From: a virus
Lineage: Duplodnaviria; Caudoviricetes
Virus record (IMG/VR): IMGVR_UViG_2835163134_000004
Location: 1,570-65,569 of that record
DNA length: 64,000 nt
Direction: 5' to 3' (one strand)
In this document: in pieces, positions 1-8,436 of the stretch
Numbering within the stretch: the first letter of the stretch is position 1
How the letters are laid out: each line of letters begins with the position of its first letter
Translations under genes and position numbers: made by a program
The notes under the pieces: generated by a model
Databases searched by the model: none
Seen by the model: only the letters and a program-made list of their open reading frames with translations
What the model was told of the DNA's origin: nothing

Positions 1-1223
1 GCGTGCATCACCCCGCGAACGTCCTTCGCTTCGTTCAGCACAACGGCTTTGGGGAACCTCTTGCGAATCCGTTCCAGATCGAAGCGGAAGCTGTATGCCA
101 CGAGCAACGGCATACCGTTGGCCTCGGCGTGCAGCCCCTCCAAGGCGTCAATTTTGCAATCGTGAATCCAGACGTGGTTGCCGTCCTCCTGGTAGGCCGA
201 GCCGTTGGCGAATTGCAGCAGCTTGTTGGTGAGAACCGCCGCGTTCACCGCGTCAATGTCGTATACGTCGCTGACCAGATTGCGCCGAAAGCGGTGGTAT
301 TCGTCCATCACCTTCGGAGGCAGCCTCACCCTGATTTCGTTCTCCACCAGCTTGGGCAGTTCAGCATAGTCCTTGGGGTTCAGGCTGAACATCACATCGC
401 TGAGGCGCCGCATGATTTCCGCCTCAGCACCGGGTTTCGGCGTCACCTCATAGGTGTAGTTGTTTTGGTTGAACCAGCGGTCCATGAACTGCGTCTTGTT
501 GCGACCCAGCCGTTCACCCTGATCCACGATATAGGACAACCCGTAGAGGTTTTGCAGGCCGTTCGGTGCAGGCGTCCCGGTGAGTTCGATCACGGCGCGG
601 GTCTTTTTCCTGGCCTGCACCAAGACCCCGAACCGGGTTAAGGCACGCTTCGGGGTCCGCATCTTGGCGTTCTTCAGCATGGACGCTTCGTCAATGACGA
701 TGGTGTCATAGGGCCACCGCTTGCCATTACCGAAGTGCGCCCACAGCCAGGGCAGGTTTTCCTTGTTGACGATGTGGATTTCGGTCGCCTCGGCACAGCG
801 CGCAGCGCGGCGCTTGGCGTCGCCCGTGATCACGGAATAGGTCGTTTCGCAGGTATGGCGCCAAGCCTCAATCTCGTCGGGCCATGTGGCTTCTGCAACG
901 AACAGCGGAGCCACGATCAACACGCGCCGAACCACTCCGGCGTCCAGCATGTCGCGCAGCGCGGTCAGCGTCGAGACGGTCTTCCCGCTGCCCATGTCAT
1001 AGGCCAGGATCAGACTCGGCGGGCCGTCTGGCGCCCAGATCGTCTTGATCAGGTCCACCGTGACATTCTGGTAGTGCCGCAGATCGTCGCGGCCCAGCTT
1101 GCGCGGTGCGTCGTCCAATGACGGCCCGCCGTTGTGGCTCAGCATGGCTGCGGGTGCCACGGTGCGGGCCACAAGCGGGAAGCCGAGGCGCGCCAGAAGG
1201 TGATCGAGGGGCGCGGAACTCAT
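1..1223 (-). CDS. SNF2-family helicase, runs off the left edge (partial)
   Basis: Absent from the ORF track; translated by hand from ATG 1223, which overlaps the VRR-NUC stop (ATGA). Contains LRHYQ, AYDMGSGKT (Walker A), IVIDEAS (Walker B) and ELTGTP motifs. Confidence 0.9.
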   Translation of the reverse strand, partial: MSSAPLDHLLARLGFPLVARTVAPAAMLSHNGGPSLDDAPRKLGRDDLRHYQNVTVDLIKTIWAPDGPPSLILAYDMGSGKTVSTLTALRDMLDAGVVRRVLIVAPLFVAEATWPDEIEAWRHTCETTYSVITGDAKRRAARCAEATEIHIVNKENLPWLWAHFGNGKRWPYDTIVIDEASMLKNAKMRTPKRALTRFGVLVQARKKTRAVIELTGTPAPNGLQNLYGLSYIVDQGERLGRNKTQFMDRWFNQNNYTYEVTPKPGAEAEIMRRLSDVMFSLNPKDYAELPKLVENEIRVRLPPKVMDEYHRFRRNLVSDVYDIDAVNAAVLTNKLLQFANGSAYQEDGNHVWIHDCKIDALEGLHAEANGMPLLVAYSFRFDLERIRKRFPKAVVLNEAKDVRGVMH

Positions 1224-1498
1224 CGGAACAGATCGAACGCCGCTTCGATGGAGTCGATCACATGCACCACGGTCCCGGCGCGGCGCAGCTTGGCGATTTC
1301 CCGAACCTGATCCGGCCGCAGCGTCTCGCCGGGCGCCTTGTATTCCACGAGGAACGGCCCGGTATCGTCGCGGCTATAGAACTTATCTGGCGCGCCGCGC
1401 CGCCCGGTCCAAGCCAGCTTGCGGACAATGAAGCCCGCCGATTTGGCCCGCTTGTCGGCCTGCGCTTCGATGTAAGCCTCTTTCACGCCGCTCGACAT
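1220..1498 (-). CDS. VRR-NUC (PD-(D/E)XK) nuclease
   Basis: GRRGAPDKF...FLVEYKAPGETLRPDQVREIAKLR pattern; usual position next to the helicase; ATG at 1498. Confidence 0.85.
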   Translation of the reverse strand: MSSGVKEAYIEAQADKRAKSAGFIVRKLAWTGRRGAPDKFYSRDDTGPFLVEYKAPGETLRPDQVREIAKLRRAGTVVHVIDSIEAAFDLFR

Positions 1499-2262
1499 TC
1501 CGCAGCGCCTCCTTGCAGTAGATCGTTGAAGTGGTGCAGCGGCTTGCCCCATGTGCGGGCCATGGCTGCGGAGATGCCGGGATATGTGGCGCTGCGGGTC
1601 TTCCAGCGTTCATCGCTGGGCGACAGCGCGTTCTGGCCGCTGTCTGTCTGGTTCGCCCAGCGTTCCACGGTCTTGCCGCTGCCTCTGGGCCATTCCACGC
1701 GCCGACCCGCAACCCGCTGATCCGCAAACCGAAGCAGCGGGCGCAGGTTGTGCAGCCAAAGGCATGTCGCCTTACTGGCGTCGTCACCGAAGTCGTAAGG
1801 CTGGATGATCTGATCCGGCTTGCGGATCGCGGTCGAAATCGCGCCAACGGGGTTTTCGATTGCGATGCGGGGCAGGGGCAGGGCCATGATGCGGCGAACC
1901 GTCGCCAAGGCTTCCCGACGCGCGCGCGCGCGGGCCTCTCCGGTCAGCGTGCCGGGCTTGACCCTCTGGTGATACCCAACGCCGGGCCAGCGCGCGAAAT
2001 CAGGCTCATTGAACGCCCAGGCCGCGCTATTGGTCAGATAGGTGCAATCCGGGTGGAACACGCCGAGGTCGAATGTAAGGCCCACAGCGGTAAAGCGCGC
2101 CAAGGTTTCGAACACATCGCCCTGGACGTGCCCCCCTGCGGCGGGCCGGAACACCGACCCATCCACCGCAGGAAGAATGTCGCACGACACGACGAAGTGG
2201 CCCCGCGCTTCGAAGGCCCGGCGCGTCATGCCGCTGGTTTCCATGCCGATGAACACCCTCAT
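1483..2262 (-). CDS. Phage DNA cytosine methyltransferase-like protein
   Basis: N-terminal VFIGMETSG..RRAFEARGH..VSCD, FHPDCTYL (PC-like motif with Cys), IAIENPVG and RSATYPGIS..MA..WG match the short phage DCM-like family. Confidence 0.65.
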   Translation of the reverse strand: MRVFIGMETSGMTRRAFEARGHFVVSCDILPAVDGSVFRPAAGGHVQGDVFETLARFTAVGLTFDLGVFHPDCTYLTNSAAWAFNEPDFARWPGVGYHQRVKPGTLTGEARARARREALATVRRIMALPLPRIAIENPVGAISTAIRKPDQIIQPYDFGDDASKATCLWLHNLRPLLRFADQRVAGRRVEWPRGSGKTVERWANQTDSGQNALSPSDERWKTRSATYPGISAAMARTWGKPLHHFNDLLQGGAAECRAA

Positions 2263-4322
2263 GCCGCAAGGCCCAGCACGGCTTCAGCAATGGCAATCAA
2301 CGGGGCACGATAGACACGCGGCGCCGCCCCAATGTCACGAAGCATGTCATGGGCCGCGACGACATAGCGGTGCCGGTCCAGATCGTCGGGCACCTCCATG
2401 TCGTCGGGCAGCGTCATCATCGGCTGACAACCCTCGGTCTTTGGGACCATGGGGCGGTTGCCGGTCGTCGGGTGGCCCGCCCGCTTCAGGATCGGGTTGC
2501 CTTCCGTGGACCAGTAGTATCGGACCAGTTTGCCCAGATAGCGTTCACCGCCGTAGCCGATCAGCGGTCTGGAACGGATCGTCTTGCCCTTGGCGTCGAT
2601 CCGTTCGTGAGTGCCATAGATCGGTTCGCCCGGACCCCATGTCGCGCCGCCAGTGGCATTGATGATGCAAAGGAACTGCCGCAGATCGGTGCAGCCGAAG
2701 ATCGTGTCTTCCAGCGGAATGCCATTGCGCAGATAGCCCAGCACGGCATCCGCAACGATGGTCATTTGCGGGTTCTTCTTCAGGCCGTCGCGGCTCGGGT
2801 CGTAGTCGGTGTTAGCCTCGCCCCAAGGCAATTCCTTGGACCAGTGATTCGCCAAGGTGCCTTTTCGCTTATATGAACCGTCGGGTTTCAGGGCGATATA
2901 GGCGTTGACGCTTTGGCTGTAGACCGAGGCGTATTCCGCGAACTCAAGGTTGAAAGAGGTAAGCCCTTCCCACCATTCGATAATGTCTTGGATCGGGCTG
3001 GGTTTCAGCCTGTCGGTGGGTTTGCCCTTGTCGTTGAGAACAAATCCGTCCCATTTCGTGCGGGGGCATTTGAAGATCACGCCGTCGGTGTTTGCGCTGA
3101 CCACCGGAATACCGGCGAGGTGCGCAGCCTCGATCAGCATGAGCAGAGACAGTTGGCCGGTCAGGGTGACGGAAATCAGCAGGTGAGGCGCGAACAATAC
3201 TGAGAACGCCGATCCCAATTTGCCGTAGGAACCGTTGATCGCAATTTTCAGACCCTTGTCGGTAGTCTTGTCTTTCGCGCGTTTCGCGGCAAGTCGGCGG
3301 TCAATAATTTGCTTGTAGACCGGCAAGAATTGCGGACCCATGGCCTTGGGATAAAGGCCGAGTTTCATAATGATCGACGGGTATTGCGACGCCACGTCAG
3401 CGTCGATCAGAACCACGTCGGCGTCGCTATGAACCGAGCGGTTCGACTCGGTGGAGTGCAACCCGCCAATGCCAAGGGTGTATTTCAGGCCGTCGAATTG
3501 AATGTCGAAATCTGAGAATGACTTCGGCAGGTCCACCTTGCAGTTCTTGCCGAGGCGAATATCTGTGTTTCGGATCGTTTCCAGAACTTCGCGCATGTAT
3601 GGCGTCTGAAACTTGATCCATTCCGGCACTTCATAACGGAAGGCGTGGCCCTCGGAATACATCGCCTTTTGGATGCGCTGCCCACGGTGTTCCTCGACGC
3701 GGCTTTTCAGGATGCCTTCACCGACCTGCGCGTCGGATTTGGAGCGCAGTTCGAGGCCATAGGTTTTCCCGAGTTCCACGCGCAGATCGAGCGGTTCAGC
3801 GAGGCGGCGAAACAGTTCCTCGGTGCCGTCAAGATCGCCGTATTGGCAATATTCAATAACGTCATCCATTTCCTTCGGGGAAAGGATGCGGTCATGCTCA
3901 TATGGTAGTTCTTGCAGACGCTTCATCTGCATCCGACCAATCAGGGTCTTGAGGCCGTCCCTGACGGACGGATTAGGTTCGAACAGGTCAATGTGATCCA
4001 GGTTCTTCGGGATGACGATTTCAAGTTCCCGCTCGGCCCGCCAATGCGGCACGCGGTTCATAATGATGTGGTTCGCCGCGTCCTTCACATCATCCAATGA
4101 CGCGCCGCTCAGCATTTTGTAGATCACGGGCAAGTCGAAGTTCAGGCTGTTGAAGCCCACGGTCGTATTGCCGCGCAGAATTTTGCGGACCTTTGCGAAA
4201 TCGAAATAGGTCCGTTCCGAAAACTCGAAATGCGCGCGAACCCCATCCTCGACCCGCTTGATGCCGAGGTAGAAGAAATTTCGGTAAATCTCGGTGTCGA
4301 TGATGAGGGTTTTGCCCGGCAT
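2259..4322 (-). CDS. Family B DNA polymerase with N-terminal proofreading exonuclease
   Basis: Exonuclease motifs IIDTE, GFNSLNFD and YCQYGD; polymerase motifs DADVASQYPS, KIAINGSYGK and ANTDG. ATG 4322 overlaps the upstream stop. Confidence 0.85.
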   Translation of the reverse strand: MPGKTLIIDTEIYRNFFYLGIKRVEDGVRAHFEFSERTYFDFAKVRKILRGNTTVGFNSLNFDLPVIYKMLSGASLDDVKDAANHIIMNRVPHWRAERELEIVIPKNLDHIDLFEPNPSVRDGLKTLIGRMQMKRLQELPYEHDRILSPKEMDDVIEYCQYGDLDGTEELFRRLAEPLDLRVELGKTYGLELRSKSDAQVGEGILKSRVEEHRGQRIQKAMYSEGHAFRYEVPEWIKFQTPYMREVLETIRNTDIRLGKNCKVDLPKSFSDFDIQFDGLKYTLGIGGLHSTESNRSVHSDADVVLIDADVASQYPSIIMKLGLYPKAMGPQFLPVYKQIIDRRLAAKRAKDKTTDKGLKIAINGSYGKLGSAFSVLFAPHLLISVTLTGQLSLLMLIEAAHLAGIPVVSANTDGVIFKCPRTKWDGFVLNDKGKPTDRLKPSPIQDIIEWWEGLTSFNLEFAEYASVYSQSVNAYIALKPDGSYKRKGTLANHWSKELPWGEANTDYDPSRDGLKKNPQMTIVADAVLGYLRNGIPLEDTIFGCTDLRQFLCIINATGGATWGPGEPIYGTHERIDAKGKTIRSRPLIGYGGERYLGKLVRYYWSTEGNPILKRAGHPTTGNRPMVPKTEGCQPMMTLPDDMEVPDDLDRHRYVVAAHDMLRDIGAAPRVYRAPLIAIAEAVLGLAA

Positions 4323-4489
4323 CAGCGCGACCCGGCACGGCATTGCGGCGGCTCAGGATCGTTCACATCCCAGGCCAAGTTGCACTTCGCGCACACCATT
4401 TGGTCACTGTATTGCCGAGCAACACATGCGGGCCGGGTGTCGGCGGCTTGCGCCGCAATGAACCGCTCATAGGCTTCCTTGATCCGCAT
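4322..4489 (-). CDS. Small Cys-containing hypothetical protein (55 aa)
   Basis: MRIKEAYERF...CVARQYSDQMVCAKCNLAWD; coupled to the polymerase start (TGATG). Confidence 0.6.
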   Translation of the reverse strand: MRIKEAYERFIAAQAADTRPACVARQYSDQMVCAKCNLAWDVNDPEPPQCRAGSR

Positions 4490-4499
4490 GTCGCGCGCC

Positions 4500-5090
4500 T
4501 CACAAGCCCAAGAGGTCGTCAATATCGTTCGCCGGGGCGGTCGGAGCGGCTTGATCACGCTTCGGATCGCGCAGCATTTGCCAGTAGCGGGAAACCCATG
4601 CGGCTTGGTGCTTGGCGTCATCCAGGGCGTTGTGATGCACGCCGGAGCCAGCGATTTTCGGGGGGCGCATACCGGAGATTTCCGCGATGGTGCGGCAGCA
4701 GCGGATGTTCCAGAATTTCCAGATTGGGTTCAGGTCGAGGGCACGCCAGAAGCCGTATTCCAGAATGGTCATGTCGAAGCCGGGGCCATTGCCCCAGACC
4801 TTGACTTGATCCCAATTGGTATAGAACCCGGACAGGTCAGCCAGTGCGATGCGCAACGGCGTTGTTCCTGCCACTACGGCTTTGCGTGCCGCCTCACTCT
4901 GGGTCAGCCACCATTTCAGCGTTTCGCCGTCAGGAGCGCCGTATTTCAGGGCGTCACTTACGTCGATTGCGCGATAAAACTCTTGGCCCAATGCGCCGGT
5001 TTCAGGGTCGAATTTCACCGCGCCGATGGTCAGGATCGGTGCGTTGGGCCGCGTCCCCATCGTTTCAATGTCGATCATCACATGCAGCAT
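4500..5090 (-). CDS. DEDDh 3'-5' exonuclease
   Basis: MIDIETMG, WGNGPGFD and HHNALDDAKHQA motifs. Confidence 0.85.
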   Translation of the reverse strand: MLHVMIDIETMGTRPNAPILTIGAVKFDPETGALGQEFYRAIDVSDALKYGAPDGETLKWWLTQSEAARKAVVAGTTPLRIALADLSGFYTNWDQVKVWGNGPGFDMTILEYGFWRALDLNPIWKFWNIRCCRTIAEISGMRPPKIAGSGVHHNALDDAKHQAAWVSRYWQMLRDPKRDQAAPTAPANDIDDLLGL

Positions 5091-5118
5091 TTCGTTGCCC
5101 GATCCATAAAAGGTTGAT

Positions 5119-5145
5119 TGGCGCCCCGCGTTTTACGGGGCGCCA
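5119..5145. terminator. Hairpin after the SSB gene (possible terminator or processing site)
   Basis: TGGCGCCCCG-N7-CGGGGCGCCA perfect 10-bp stem; followed on the minus strand by ATCAACCTTTT. Confidence 0.5.
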
Positions 5146-5155
5146 GAATGTTGAA

Positions 5156-5815
5156 TCAGATGCCCAAGTCGTCATCACCGCCGGAAGACGACCCGCTGCC
5201 CAGATCGTCTTCGTCGTCGCCGTAGTCATCGAACTCGGAGTCGTCCATGTCGCCGCCAGCGAACTCCTCGTCACGCTTCCAGAATTGCAGAGCGTCGCAT
5301 GTCACGAAGATGCCGTTGCCGCCCTTGTCCTGCGACTTGATCGGGAACAGGTGGAAATAGGCGATGGCCCAATGGCCTGAGCGGAACAGGTCCAGTAGGA
5401 TTTCTTCATCGTCAATCTCGTTGCCGCGCCGGTCGCGGAACTTGAACTTCCGGTCGTTGGTCAGCTTGAGATAGCGGGTATCGGCATAGCCGCTGCGCAC
5501 ATCACCATCTTCCGTAAGGTATTTGTCGCCGTCGAACAGCGGCCAGCGGCCTTTCGGGCCATCGTCCAGTGCGGTCTTGAATTTCGCCGGTTCCTTGCCG
5601 GGAAATTCCTTGCGCATGAAGTCGATGATCCCTTCGTTGATCACCTTGATCGACGCTGCGCCCTCGGTCGTGTTCTTGTAGAGCAGCCCGTTGGTCCGGT
5701 ATTTCAGCGAACCGTTCTCGAAGCTGCGGGTCTTTTCAAAGCCCTTGAAGAAACTCAGGCGAACCAGGGCTTTGATGCGGCCGGTCTGAGGATTGAAGGT
5801 AGGTTTGAAGGACAT
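5156..5815 (-). CDS. Phage single-stranded DNA-binding protein (DUF2815 / T7 gp2.5-like)
   Basis: VRLSF N-terminus, GNGIFVTCDALQFWKRDEEF and an acidic C-terminal tail; lies between DUF2800 and the polymerase. Confidence 0.8.
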   Translation of the reverse strand: MSFKPTFNPQTGRIKALVRLSFFKGFEKTRSFENGSLKYRTNGLLYKNTTEGAASIKVINEGIIDFMRKEFPGKEPAKFKTALDDGPKGRWPLFDGDKYLTEDGDVRSGYADTRYLKLTNDRKFKFRDRRGNEIDDEEILLDLFRSGHWAIAYFHLFPIKSQDKGGNGIFVTCDALQFWKRDEEFAGGDMDDSEFDDYGDDEDDLGSGSSSGGDDDLGI

Positions 5816-5851
5816 TTGGTTTCCTCGTTGGTTGGTTGGTCGGTTTCAGGG

Positions 5852-7066
5852 TTAAAGCGTGCCCAGATCGTCGCCGTAGTCCTCGAAGTCATCGACAAGC
5901 GGCGCGATTGCGTCTCGCTTGTCCTCGATTGGCGCGATGGTGGGCTTGGGGTCTTCTTGGGTGATAAATCCGCCCGGAAGTTCAGCGCCTTTACCCATTG
6001 CCTTCAGGGCTTGGGTTGGCGTGATCAGCTTTTTGTTGAACGTGGCGTCAAGGCCGAGACGCTGTTTCAGGAACGCCTCGGCCGCGCCTTCGGTGGCCCA
6101 CTTTCGCGGGGGCATTCGACCGTATACCGCCTTCTGACCAGCGGTCGGGCCGTTGTCCAAGAGGTGTTGCAGCGCCGCGCCGCCGATGAAGTTCAGCCAT
6201 TGCTCAATCTCGCGCTTCTTCGTCGCAAGCGCGATGATCCGCTCAGGAGTAAGGCCGTCGATCTGCGGCGGCGCCCACTGTTCCGGCGCGTCGAGGTCGT
6301 CAAACTCAAGGTCAAGCAGATCGAACATATCGGCGTTGTGCGCCGGGCAACCGCCCTTGCGGTTCGGCAGGTTCGCGGCGGGGCACCACGCGCAACCCTT
6401 CTGGGTCGGGATAAGCGGGGCGCTTGGGTCAGTTGTCGCCGCAGCCTTGACCCGCAGTTCCTCACCGAAGGCCAGTAGTTCATCCAGCGTCACTTCCCAA
6501 TAGCCGCCACCGGCCGGATGGCGGGGCTGGTCGATGATGATCAGGAACATGGTCGCGTCGGTGACGTGCCGCGCGAAATTGTCCCAGAAGCCCAGGGCGT
6601 AAATCATCTGCTGGGTGTTCTTCACCGCAGATACCGGGACGCCTCGGCCATACTTCAGATCGGAAATGACGATGAGGTGACGCCCAGCCACACCGGAGTC
6701 GAGCGTTCCGAACTGGCCCGGCATCCAGCGGCTCAGATTGATGCGCTTTTCAACGAACACCTCACCATCGAACTGGCGAATTTCGTCAATTCCGGGCTGT
6801 AGGAAGTCAGCCATTTCGGCGTCGCATTCATAGAGCGCGCCGTTGACCCTGACCTTGGTTCCAATGAAGTCATAAGCATCGAACCCAAGATCAAGGCATT
6901 GTTCCCTGATCCAGTGGGCCGCAGTCCCCTCATCTGCAAATGTGCTGGATTCATTGGGGTAATTCTTGGTGAAGTTCACCGCGCCGGGGCACGACAGCCA
7001 CCGGCTAGAATCCGATGGACCGAGGCGCGCATGGGCGCGACCAGTGTTTCCAAATGGTGCAGACAT
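5852..7066 (-). CDS. DUF2800 Cas4-like PD-(D/E)XK nuclease
   Basis: HARLGPS.S.RWLSCPG, EGTAAH, FGTLDS, ISDLKYGRG.PVSA..N.Q..IYALG and C.WCPA motifs. Confidence 0.85.
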   Translation of the reverse strand: MSAPFGNTGRAHARLGPSDSSRWLSCPGAVNFTKNYPNESSTFADEGTAAHWIREQCLDLGFDAYDFIGTKVRVNGALYECDAEMADFLQPGIDEIRQFDGEVFVEKRINLSRWMPGQFGTLDSGVAGRHLIVISDLKYGRGVPVSAVKNTQQMIYALGFWDNFARHVTDATMFLIIIDQPRHPAGGGYWEVTLDELLAFGEELRVKAAATTDPSAPLIPTQKGCAWCPAANLPNRKGGCPAHNADMFDLLDLEFDDLDAPEQWAPPQIDGLTPERIIALATKKREIEQWLNFIGGAALQHLLDNGPTAGQKAVYGRMPPRKWATEGAAEAFLKQRLGLDATFNKKLITPTQALKAMGKGAELPGGFITQEDPKPTIAPIEDKRDAIAPLVDDFEDYGDDLGTL

Positions 7067-7155
7067 TTCGCTTTCCAAGGCTTTCGCCGCGTGGGCCGCA
7101 AGTTCGGCTCACAGAGGGAAAGCCTTGGCCCGGAGTAGGGCCAAGGCATGTGGAC

Positions 7156-7341
7156 TCACTCGACGGCAAGAAGTTCGTCGGCGTGGAACCAGCGGTCTTC
7201 GGCACGGCCGTCGGCCGAGGTGTATTCCACGAGGTATTGCGGCATGTTGGACCGCAGGTATTCGGCAAAGCCGGTGATCCGGCCCGTTTCGCCGCTGCGT
7301 GCGATTTTGACGTTCTGGCCCATCTCGAAATTGGGGTTCAT
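7156..7341 (-). CDS. Small hypothetical protein (SH3/KOW-like appearance)
   Basis: FEMGQNVKI..SGETGRITG.AEY...QYLVEY...WFHADEL; in operon orientation. Confidence 0.65.
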   Translation of the reverse strand: MNPNFEMGQNVKIARSGETGRITGFAEYLRSNMPQYLVEYTSADGRAEDRWFHADELLAVE

Positions 7342-7431
7342 ATCGTTTGCTCCGTCTGATGGATTTCGCGGGTCGTGGACCGCGCCGCGCGTGCATCAGT
7401 CGGCACGCGCGGCGCAGCGATACTTCCGGGC

Positions 7432-7923
7432 TTAGATGCCCAGATCGCCTTCGTCGGCCCCACCTTCCGGCTCGGGATCGGCGGCAAGACGGCCCACGCC
7501 GAAGCCCTTGTCGGCCTTCTTCGCCTTGTCGTTCAGCCAGCCGTGCAGCTTGGTGATCTTGCCGTCATCGCCGTCCAGATCGGGCAGGGCCTTGGCGCCG
7601 AGTTGCTTCAGCACGTTGCGCAGCGCCTCTTTCCGGGCCGTCACCTCGGGGTGGATGCCATCGGGGTTTTCGGCGTCTTCCTCCTTGGCGAACTCACCCA
7701 GCCAGTCACCGAGGTCGGACTTCAGCGCGGCGAAGGCGGACTTTTCCGGCTCAGCCTTCGGTTTGTCGGCAGCCTTCGGTTTGTCGGCGGCCTTCGGCTT
7801 GTCAGCAGCCTTCGGCTTGTCGCCGGAAGCGGCGGCGGGGGCGGCGGCCAGGACGGCTTCCAGCGCGGCGGTATTGCGGTTCAGGGCTTCGATCAGCGCG
7901 GTTCCGATTGCTTCGATGCTCAT
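7432..7923 (-). CDS. Hypothetical replication-operon protein with KAADKP repeats
   Basis: First gene of the leftward operon; GGAG upstream of ATG 7923; tandem 18-bp KAADKP repeats at about 7750-7820. Confidence 0.75.
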   Translation of the reverse strand: MSIEAIGTALIEALNRNTAALEAVLAAAPAAASGDKPKAADKPKAADKPKAADKPKAEPEKSAFAALKSDLGDWLGEFAKEEDAENPDGIHPEVTARKEALRNVLKQLGAKALPDLDGDDGKITKLHGWLNDKAKKADKGFGVGRLAADPEPEGGADEGDLGI

Positions 7924-7992
7924 TCGCTTTGTCTCCAAGACTCAGGGTTGGGTTCGTCGTGCTGACCGTAGTAATGGCGTTCAATTCTCAGT

Positions 7993-8007
7993 GCAACAAA
8001 AAGTTGA
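7993..8007. promoter_or_regulatory. Operator-like palindrome in the divergent promoter region
   Basis: GCAAC-AAAAA-GTTGA, overlapping TTGACT (-35-like) upstream of the HTH gene. Confidence 0.65.
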
Positions 8008-8065
8008 CTAGGCAACACATGACGGATAGGCAAAGAGACGCAACGAACTTCAAGAGGTGTATCCC

Positions 8066-8416
8066 ATGGCCCAGAGCGACGAAGACTTGCTCGGCATTGC
8101 GGGCGGCAAATATCCCGCGCAACGCAAGGCGACGCGCAATTCCGGCGATCTGGGGCAGTTGCACGCCCTGCTTCGTCGCGGGCTGCCGGATTTTACGCAT
8201 GACGGAATCTTTGAGGCGAAGCGATTCGCCCGCACCATCGGCGTCAGCTACCAGGCGATCTATAAATGGTTCGACCGGGAGCGGATTTCTCCAAATCGCG
8301 TGGCCCGGATCATTGAACTTTCGGAGGAAACGACGGAATGGCCCGAAGGCTTCGTGCCGCTGAAGCGCGATGACTTCTGGCCGTTCATGGGGAACGCCGA
8401 CAGCCGCGCAATCTGA
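8066..8416 (+). CDS. Helix-turn-helix transcriptional regulator (Cro/CI-like DNA-binding domain only)
   Basis: AKRFARTIGVSYQAIYKWFDRERISP HTH signature; GAGGTG SD before ATG 8066; no peptidase S24 domain visible. Confidence 0.75.
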   Translation: MAQSDEDLLGIAGGKYPAQRKATRNSGDLGQLHALLRRGLPDFTHDGIFEAKRFARTIGVSYQAIYKWFDRERISPNRVARIIELSEETTEWPEGFVPLKRDDFWPFMGNADSRAI

Positions 8417-8436
8417 ATCTTGCGCGGTGATCGAGC

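Noticed and set aside
7066-7159. In-frame short ORF and TGA upstream of DUF2800 (possible read-through)
   Set aside because: The DUF2800 motif starts right after ATG 7066, so no extension is needed and nothing supports recoding.
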